From IMG/VR virus record IMGVR_UViG_3300031788_000002, positions 103,482 to 167,481 of that record: a DNA stretch of 64,000 nucleotides. One strand, 5' to 3'. This DNA is from a virus. Below, piece by piece: positions 1-8,600 of the stretch. Every line of letters starts with the position of its first letter. Within the stretch, counting starts at the first letter, position 1. The notes beneath the pieces are model-generated. The model was not told the origin of the DNA, did not search any database, and saw nothing but the letters and a program-made list of their open reading frames with translations. The position numbers were made by a program, and so were the translations under genes.

Positions 1-1
1 G

Positions 2-487
2 TACGCGGTTAGCGAAGGGGATTTCAAGCTCTCGGCCGTTAGCTGCAATATCTGGGGGGTTCATTGCGAGAACAATGCGTACACCCGGGGGCAGCTTGTA
101 CTCACCGATGGTGCGCTCATTCATCAAGGAGAGAAGCGCTGCCTGTACTGCGCGCGGCGCGGATGAAATCTCGTCGAGAAAAAGAATGGCACGTTCGTCG
201 TTGATGGCAGCGCGAATCTGGGGCAGCGCGCATTCGAGAGAGAAGCCAACGGGCGTCATAACCGGGTAGCCCCCGATGTGCTCCGGGATCTTCGTGGAGG
301 CGAAGATCGGGTAGACGTGCAAGCCCAGCATCTTTCCGATGGCGTAGATGCGCTCGCTTTTGCCAACGCCCGACCCTCCAATGGAGCATAAATTGATGCC
401 CCAATTGCCTTCTTGGAAGGGCGCCATCGGCCCTTTGGCGAGCGGCGTGGACATGCTAGCCACCAGCAAACTCTCAAAGCGATCCAT
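2..487 (-). CDS. MoxR/AAA_5-type AAA+ ATPase (C-terminus runs off the window edge)
   Basis: Not in ORF track. Manual translation from ATG 487: MDRFES...GGSGVGKS (Walker A)...ILFLDEISSAPRAVQAALLSLMNERTIG (Walker B)...RIVLAMNP (sensor 1)...FANR (Arg finger). Confidence 0.85.
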   Translation of the reverse strand, partial: MDRFESLLVASMSTPLAKGPMAPFQEGNWGINLCSIGGSGVGKSERIYAIGKMLGLHVYPIFASTKIPEHIGGYPVMTPVGFSLECALPQIRAAINDERAILFLDEISSAPRAVQAALLSLMNERTIGEYKLPPGVRIVLAMNPPDIAANGRELEIPFANRV

Positions 488-776
488 GTTGTTTTCTTTC
501 TTCGATGAATGCGACAACGTCAGGACAAAAACGAGCCGGCATGGCCGTTTTCAAGAAACTACCCCGTACAACAAGAAACCCGTCTTCATCCGCCAAGGTG
601 AAGGGCACGTAGAGTCCCCCGGGAATACGCACAGCTGTTTTGCGGTTCTCTGCTTCTTGTAAACTAGCCCTAAAAAGGGCGCGTAGCGCTTCGTCGTCGA
701 GAGCGCTAGCGGCCTGCCAGCGCTCTCGAGCACGACGAAAGGCATGCGGGTCCACGAGAACGTGGGTCAACCGCAC
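474..776 (-). CDS. hypothetical protein
   Basis: 100-aa ORF overlapping the ATPase start; AGGAG 9 nt upstream; HAFRRARERW motif. Confidence 0.6.
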   Translation of the reverse strand: MRLTHVLVDPHAFRRARERWQAASALDDEALRALFRASLQEAENRKTAVRIPGGLYVPFTLADEDGFLVVRGSFLKTAMPARFCPDVVAFIEERKQHGSL

Positions 777-785
777 ACGGATCTC

Positions 786-1037
786 CTAGGCACTCTCGGT
801 GGGCTCACTTTGCACAACGCGAATATCAATGCGCATGGGTTCTACCGCAGCGATTAGACCGAATAGAACGTTCAGCTCCCGTTGCTTGAGCAGTGAATCC
901 TGCTCCTTGATGTCTTCAGTGCCTTCATACAGGCCGACGTTAACGCCGTATTCCTTAAGAAACCGGTAGAGAAGCTGCGCCAGCGTTCGTTTGTCGCTAT
1001 GCGCTTTACCACTGACCGTTACCGTGAGTGTGTTCAT
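786..1037 (-). CDS. hypothetical protein with degenerate P-loop-like N-terminus
   Basis: LTVTVSGKAHSDKRTLAQLL resembles a GxxxxGKT loop with G replaced by D; ATGA overlap with the upstream gene. Confidence 0.6.
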   Translation of the reverse strand: MNTLTVTVSGKAHSDKRTLAQLLYRFLKEYGVNVGLYEGTEDIKEQDSLLKQRELNVLFGLIAAVEPMRIDIRVVQSEPTESA

Positions 1038-1663
1038 GTATTCCTTCGTGCAATGCAGTACCCGGCCGCCCGGTTACAAGGCCCGTTGCGCCAGCAGCGC
1101 GTGGTGATTCCTTCCACGCATTCGTTGTTCTGTAGAATGTGCTCCCCGGTACCCCACAGCCCTTCCAAGAGGTTCAGGTTGATGTCGTTGCAGCATACGG
1201 AACAGATGTACTCAAAAGGCGGTATCGTAATAAAATCCAGGGCCCATTCGCGGTTGGGGGCGCGATCGGAAAGAACGAAGCTACCGTCATAGACGATCCC
1301 CGTTTTTTCCCCCTGAAGAATGTCGGAGCCGCACCCTGTGCAAGCGGCCACAACAAATGCACCGCTTACGAGCACGGGAGGCTGGTCCTTGTAAATGTAG
1401 CGAAGGGTTGAGCGTGTTTCATCCCAGCAATCTTCATGCAGATAGTAGGGATGGTACTGATACTCGCCATCTGCGGCCAGAAGGGGCAGAGGTACTTCGA
1501 AGACCCGCCCACAGTCATCTTGCGTAACGTTCGCAATGACAATGTGCAGTAGACAAATTGGCGTCTCAGCCGCTACGAGTTTGCTGCAGCTGTTGCACAC
1601 GTGGTCACTTTGCATGACGACGCGGTTCGCCAGTGTTTCCCTAGCCAGGCTGCTCATTGCCAT
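1034..1663 (-). CDS. Cys-rich multi-zinc-finger protein (start may be ATG 1657)
   Basis: CNSC...HEDC, CTGC...CSVC and further C-terminal Cys; coupled to its neighbours. Confidence 0.65.
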   Translation of the reverse strand: MAMSSLARETLANRVVMQSDHVCNSCSKLVAAETPICLLHIVIANVTQDDCGRVFEVPLPLLAADGEYQYHPYYLHEDCWDETRSTLRYIYKDQPPVLVSGAFVVAACTGCGSDILQGEKTGIVYDGSFVLSDRAPNREWALDFITIPPFEYICSVCCNDINLNLLEGLWGTGEHILQNNECVEGITTRCWRNGPCNRAAGYCIARRNT

Positions 1664-2172
1664 GTCATTACCTCCCGTTGAATGTGCAGCCAGCGTTTAC
1701 TGAGCGCTTCGAGGCTCAAGTCGCGGGGGCACCCTAAGGGGTCGAAATCCCCCAAATAGGTATCGAGGAATTGTTCATCGACGCGCTCCCCCGTGTGCAA
1801 GTAACGTGGGAGATCAAAACCATGAAGCAACAAGTCAGATACGCGATAGTCATTTTGTTGGCGTAGTTCAAGCTCACGCAGAAAGAGATCGTCTTCAACG
1901 TCGTCTGGGTAGGCATGCAGCCCTACCCACCCACGGCGCCTATCTCCGATTTCGTAGCGTTCTTCTTGTGTCCAAGGATTGATGTCCCCCGGTTTTGCAT
2001 CCCCGCAGAGTAATTCGAAGTCGAACTGCCCGATGAAAGACACGATTCCATATTGATCAACCACGCGCAGGCGCAGGGGGTCTTTGCTGCGCACAGAGCG
2101 CGTAAGAAGCGTGGTGCGCTCTTCGAGTACAGGGCACAGCGTGTTCTCAACGGTCCAGCGGCGCTGCGGCAT
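1654..2172 (-). CDS. hypothetical protein
   Basis: Track ORF 1654..2319. ATG 2172 (MPQRRW) avoids overlap with the upstream small ORF; start uncertain. Confidence 0.55.
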   Translation of the reverse strand: MPQRRWTVENTLCPVLEERTTLLTRSVRSKDPLRLRVVDQYGIVSFIGQFDFELLCGDAKPGDINPWTQEERYEIGDRRRGWVGLHAYPDDVEDDLFLRELELRQQNDYRVSDLLLHGFDLPRYLHTGERVDEQFLDTYLGDFDPLGCPRDLSLEALSKRWLHIQREVMTWQ

Positions 2173-2191
2173 GATGGGGTCTTGGAAGGTT

Positions 2192-2380
2192 CTACCCCAC
2201 AGGCCCAATAGTGATGTTAATAGACGGGTGCCGGGAATGACTTCGAACTCTTTTGTTAGCGGCACGACGAGCCTCCTCTTGGGGTAAAAAACCACTGTGG
2301 TCTGCGAGCCACCAGGCAATGCCCTGGAGAACGCCGACCACCGCGGCTAATAGGAAGAGGGGGACCTCTCCCTGTTTCAT
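2192..2380 (-). CDS. small protein with N-terminal transmembrane helix
   Basis: VPLFLLAAVVGVLQGIAWWL hydrophobic stretch; ATGA overlap with the 2377..2535 ORF. Confidence 0.5.
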   Translation of the reverse strand: MKQGEVPLFLLAAVVGVLQGIAWWLADHSGFLPQEEARRAANKRVRSHSRHPSINITIGPVG

Positions 2381-2535
2381 GCAGCGTTGCTTCCTTTCTT
2401 CGGTACAGTTGGGGGTTCTTCGCTGTCGGGTTCTCCTTCGTCGAAGGTCATGTAGAGCTCCGCAACGTCCTGGGAGAGCTGTGACGTTTCCGGGGGTATC
2501 GGCGGTGTTTCTTTCTTGGGGGTTTGCTTTCTCAT
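2377..2535 (-). CDS. small acidic/proline-rich protein
   Basis: ATG 2535 (MRKQTPKK) lies just downstream of the GGGATAACAA motif. Confidence 0.45.
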   Translation of the reverse strand: MRKQTPKKETPPIPPETSQLSQDVAELYMTFDEGEPDSEEPPTVPKKGSNAA

Positions 2536-2540
2536 CGTGA

Positions 2541-2550
2541 TTGTTATCCC
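2541..2550 (-). promoter_or_regulatory. GGnATAACA promoter-like motif (copy 1)
   Basis: Minus strand reads GGGATAACAA; the same motif precedes three other minus-strand genes at about 55.7-56.7 kb. Confidence 0.55.
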
Positions 2551-2587
2551 TGCGAAACTGCGTTTCTTGTAGGAGCGAACCTCCTCG

Positions 2588-2596
2588 CGGTACGCT
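2588..2596 (+). promoter_or_regulatory. -10-like element (cggTACGCT) 8 nt before the RNAP start
   Basis: TAnnnT hexamer; similar elements precede several plus-strand starts. Confidence 0.4.
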
Positions 2597-2604
2597 AGGC
2601 GGCC

Positions 2605-5600
2605 ATGGCCTACCTCAATCCCAAGGAAGCGTTCGCCGACTTGAAGCAGAACGTCATCGAGGGGTTGCAAGCGCACTTCCCCATCACGGGGTCAAAGCAG
2701 AGCATCCATCTCGAGGGCGTCGACGTGCGTGAGCACGCACGGGATTTCAATGATCTAACGGAGCAACACAAGGCCAAAGTCGAGGGGCGCTCCTGGACGG
2801 TACCGGTCTTTGGGGCGCTGGCTCTGAAGAACAATCAAACGGGAGAGGTCCTCGATCGAAAGAGCATTCAGCTGGCGGACTTGCCGTACATGACCCAGCG
2901 GCACGCCTACATCGTTGATGGGCGGGAATACCAGGTGGATAACCAGTGGCGCCTTAAGCCAGGCGTGTACACGCGCCGTAAAGAAGACGGGGAGCTGAAG
3001 TCTCAGTTCAACGTGCAGGGAAAGCGCCCCTTCGACATCACGTTGGATCCAGAGACCAAGGTTTTTTCCATGATACGCGGGGACTCAAAGAACATCCCCG
3101 TCTACCCCCTCATGAAAGAGCTCGGTGTCGACGACGACACGCTTCAAGCATCCTGGGGGAAAGAGGTCTTGGCGGCGAACCGAGGCGCCCGCGCAGCGGG
3201 TACGGCGCTTGAGCGCTTCTACAAAGCTGACAAGAAGCGTGCACCGACGAGCACCGAAGAAGCGCGGCAGCACTTCATCGATACGATGGAGGGTTCGAAG
3301 ATACGCCCCGAGGTGACGCAGATAACGCTTGGGAAGCCCTATGACCACGTGAACGGGAATCTATTGCACGACGTTACGACCAAGATGATTGGCGTGCAAC
3401 GCGGCGAGATTCCTGAGGATGAGCGAGACAGCCTCGTCTTCAAGGATTTGCACACGGTGGCCGACTTCGCCAAGAAGGGCCTGACCGACTGGAAGACGAA
3501 GAAAGCGCTCCAAGCGCGCACGGCACGTAAGATCAATACCGCCACCAGCATCCGCCAGGTGATTCACGGCAACATGTTCAGCAGGCCGGTTAAAGCTACA
3601 TTCACCGAGAACGCGCTGGCGCGTACGGCCGATCAGGTCAACCCCGTCGAGATGCTGACTTCGAGCTTTCAAACGACCATCATGGGGCCCGGGGGAATCC
3701 AGAGCGACAACGCCATCAGTGAGTCGGCAAAGCTCATAAACCCTAGTCAAATCGGGTTTTTGGATTCCATACATACCCCCGAAGGGTCCAAAACTGGGGT
3801 AACTTTGCACCTTCCGATGGGTGTCATTAAACGCGGGAACACGCCTCTCATCCCGGTGTACAACCTGCGCACGCAGCAGATGGACCACATTGATCCTGTG
3901 ACGTACCACAAGTCCGTGGTGATGATGCCCGACCAGGTAACGTGGAATAAGAGCACGCCCATCCCCGTGGGTAAGCGCGTGATGGTGTCGCAGAAGGGCA
4001 ACGAGCTGGTAGAGGCCGACGCTTCTTCCGCGGACTACGTGATGCGAAGCCCAAGTCAGCTTTTCAGCATGACTTCGAACTTGATTCCTTTTCTAGGAAA
4101 CAATTCAGGTAACCGCGCGAGCTACGCCACCCATCATATCGAGCAGGCGATCAGCCTGCACGATCGGGACGCTCCCCTAGTCCAATCGGGAACAGGGCGG
4201 GCGACGGGTGTGCGTACCTTTGAAGAATTCATGGGACGGCAGTCTGCCCACATCGCGCCTACGGCGGGTACGGTGACAAAGGTCACGGCCGACGCGATCA
4301 CCGTGCAGGATAAGGAGGGTAAGGACCACCACGTCACCATCTACAACAACTTTCCCCTCAATGATCCAAAGGCAGTTCTTCATAGTACGCCGGCTGTAAA
4401 GGAGGGGGATGCGGTTACACCGGGGCAGCTTCTGGCCGATAACAACTTCACGCGCAATGGTCAGTTGGCACTCGGAAAGAACTTGCTGGTCGCCTACATT
4501 CCTTTTAAGGGACACAACTTCGAAGACGGCATCGCTATTAGCCAGACCGCCGCCGCCAAAATGGCGAGTGAGCACATGCATAAGCCGTCGATTACGTTGG
4601 GGCCTGATGCCATTACGGGCCTCGCGAAGTACAAGGCGTTGCACCCAACATCCTTCGAGACGCAGCAGCTAGAACACCTGGATGACGCAGGGGTCGTACG
4701 CGTTGGTCAAACCGTGCGTACGGGCGATCCGCTGGTGGTGGCATCCCGCCCGTTTGACTCCAAGGGGTCGTACTCTCTGAGCAAGATTCGTAAGAGTCTA
4801 AGCAGTCAAACGCTGGACTCCAGCTTGACGTGGAAGAGTGAGCATCCCGGTGAAGTGGTGGGCATTCATCGAGATGAAGAGGGTAATGTCACCGTACATG
4901 TGCGCACCGTAGAGCCTATGCAAGTAGGCGATAAAATGTGTTACGACGAAGAAACGGAGATGCTTACCGCGCGCGGGTGGCTTCCAGTGGCGGATGTAAC
5001 GTGTGCCGACGAAGTCTGCTCTCGTGTTGACGGGCACATTGTTTATCAAAGTCCCGATGCGGTTTTTGCTTACCCAACCGGCGGGCGTATGTACCGCATC
5101 AAAAGCCGGCAGGTCGACTTACTCGTTACCGATAAGCACGACATGTTTGTCAAGGAGCGGGGGGCCTCCGACTTTTTGTTGACGCCGGCGGCTACGCTTT
5201 TTGGTCGTCGCATTCGCTACGCCAAGAGTGGGCTCTGGCAAGGGCATGACCCGGAGTACATTGCCTTCCCCGCTCTGTGCGTTCGTGCCGGTCAGTACGG
5301 TAACGGTTCTCGGATGTTGCCCGAAGTACGGTTGCCCGTCTCGGTGTACTGCATGCTCTTGGGGGCCTACGTGTCTAACGGGCACACGTTTGATCAGCCG
5401 GGGGACTACGGCATCGCCATTGACAAAGCAACGGGACCGCAATTCGAAGAACTGTGCCGTGCGCTAACCGAGGCGAACATCGCCTTCAGTCGTACGAACG
5501 GCGCGACCTGCTCCCGCGTTACCATCCATTCCAAGCAATGGCTTGAGCACTTTCGTGTTCTTGGGCGTGCACGCGTCAAGTACATCCCGGAGCACATCTT

Positions 5601-8600
5601 CAGTTTTTCGCGGGACAGCCTCTGCATTCTCTTTAAGTGGTTGATGTGGGGGAATAGTTCTTCAATGATGACGGGGCGTCCTGTGGCGTACTTTACCTCG
5701 TCAAAACGTCTAGCCGATGATGTTCAGCGTTTGGCTCTGCACGTGGGCTACGCCGGTAACGTCCGTATTCACGCCGAGGAAGGGTGGCAAACGATCAAAG
5801 GTAAGCCCTCGTGGTGTGCGCGTTCCTACGAGGTGCGCATCGTTACAACGAAGCTGGAGCCTCAGGTTAATAACGGCCACGTAAAGAAGCAGCGTGCTCA
5901 AGAAGAATACTTCGTCGAGAACTACACCAAGCCGGTGTACTGCGTCCGTGTTCCCGGGCACGTTGTCTACGTTCGCCGAAACGGTAAAGCTGTTTGGTCG
6001 GGCAACTCGGGGCGTCACGGGAACAAGGGGGTCATCACCACTATCCTTCCCGACAAAGAGATGCCGCACACAGCGGACGGGCGTCCAATTGAAGTCGTCT
6101 TGAATCCTAGCGGCGTTCCCGGGCGCATGAACATGGGTCAGGTCTTGGAAACGGCGGCCGGTAAGATTGCAGAGAAGACGGGGCAGACCTACATCGTCAA
6201 CAACTTCGAGCACGGTGTAGACCAACTCGATCGTGTGAAGAAGGCGCTCAAAGAACACGGGCTTACGGATACCGAAGAAGTAATTGACCCCGTGAGTGGG
6301 CAATCCCTCGGTAAAGCTTTGGTAGGTCCTCAGCACCTTCTGAAGTTGAACTTTCAAATTGATAAGAAGGTGAGCGTGCGCTCTGGTATGCCTCTTGAGG
6401 GTGCCGAACCAGAGCATTATGATGCGGACACGCTCATTCCCGCGCAAGGGGGTAAGACGGGCGGGCAGTCCATGGGTAACCTGGGATTGTACGGGATGCT
6501 CGCGCACGGTGCGAAGCACAATATCCGGGAGATGCAGACTTGGAAGAGTGAGGGTGCGGATCGAAAAGAGCGTTGGGACAGCCTTCACAATGAAGTGTGG
6601 CGTGCCATTCAAACGGGGGAAACACCACCCCCTCCGAAGAAGACCTTCGCGTTCCAAAAGTTCGAGGACATGCTGACGGCTGCGGGTATCAACGTCACGA
6701 AGCGCGGGCATACACTTCAGTTGACTCCCCTCACCAATCAACAGATTCTCGCGCAAAGCGCGGGGGCGTTACCCAATCCGGGCTACAGCGTCATTTCGAA
6801 GAAGGGTAAAGCAGGGGATGAGCCCGTCGCGCGTAAAGGCGGCGTCTTCGACCCCGCGATTACGGGAGGACATGGGGGGCAGAACTGGTCGCACATTGTT
6901 CTTCCGGAGCCCGTCCCCAACCCCGTATTCGAGCATGCGATCCAGCGTGTTCTTGGCCTTAAAGAGGGGCAGTACGCGGACATCGTTAACGGTGAGGCCG
7001 CGGTTAAGGACGGCAAGGTTGTTCCCTTGGGAACAGAGGGCTCTAAAGCGGGGGGTGCCGCCATCGCGCATATGCTGGGTGAGCTCGACGTAAAAGAGGA
7101 GCTCAAGAAAGCTAAGGACGCTCTCGACAAGCTCAAGGTACCCGCGAACCTCGCGCATCGAGATGTTACTCCAAAACTTGATCAGCTTTCGAAGCAGGTG
7201 CGCTACCTGTCCACTTTGGACAAGGCAGGGATTCATCCAAAGGACGCCTACGTTCTCGAAAACCTGCCCGTGATCCCACCCATCATGCGGCCCGCAAGTT
7301 TTTTGCCGAACGGTAACGTACACGAAGCGGATCTGAACAGCTTGTACACGCGCGCTGGGCAGCTCGCGTCCGCAATGCAATCCCCCAACTACAAGTACTT
7401 GAGCGACCATGACAAGAAGGAGGATCGCTTCAATTTGTACGACAGCGTGAAAGCGCTCATGGGGGTGGGGGAAGATTGGGCGACCCGGGGCAAGCAAGGC
7501 AAGGGAGTGCTCCTTCAAATCGCGGGCTCTGCACCCAAAGAAGGTTACTTCCAGAATACGCTCTTATCGCGTCGTCAAGACATGACCATGCGCGCCACCA
7601 TCACGCCAGATGCATCCATGGGGCTTGACCAGGTGGGCCTACCGGAAAAGAAGGCGCTCGACTTGTTCCGCCCGTTTGTAGTGAACAAGCTGCAAGAAAT
7701 CGGAGCCGCTAGTACACCACGGGAAGCGCATGCGCTTTTGTCTGAACCGGGGAAGAAAGATCCCGCGGTGTACCAGGCGCTCGATAAGGTGATGGCGGAG
7801 CGCCCCGTGCTGCTCAAGCGCGATCCGGTACTGCACAAGCACGGCGTGCAAGCTTTTTGGCCGCAGCGCGTCCCGGGGAAAGCCATTCAGATTCACCCCT
7901 TAACTACCGGGGGCTTCACGGCCGATTTCGACGGCGACACCATGGCACTCTACGTACCCATCGGGCGCGACGCTGTTGAAGAAGCCAAGGGCATGGTGCC
8001 TTCCCGAAATGTATACAACGAAGCCAGCGGCAAGGTTATTTACCAGCCGAGTCTGGAAGCCAGCCTGGGCTTGTTCAAACTCTCGCGTGTTACAGGGGAT
8101 AGCGGAAAGACATTCGACTCCCATGCCGCCTTACTCAAAGCGGCACAAGCGGGAAAGCTGACGGTGACCGAAACCGCAACGGTCGATGGGAAGCCCACGA
8201 CGGCCGGGCGTATCTTGTTGGCGTCCGCCGTTCCGGAATCGATGCAGCACGACATGTTGCACAACATGAATCTGTCCTTGAATAAAAAGGGTACGGATCG
8301 CGTGTACACGCAGATCGCCAAGGAACACAAGGCCGCTTTCGCGGATTCGGCGGTCAAGCTGATGCGCCTCGGGTACGACGCCGCCTTCGGTGTTCTCAAG
8401 ATCCCTAACCCGGCAACGCAGGGAACGGCGGCGGCTGTCGAGAAAGATGGGGAACACCCCAAGGACAACGTTCAGTACTTGCCTATGGGTACGCATTCCT
8501 TGAGCTTGAACGACTTTACGCCGGACAAGGCCACGCGGGATCCTATCGTGGCGGCTGCAACTAAAAAGGTGGAACAGATCAATGCGCGCACGGATCTTAG

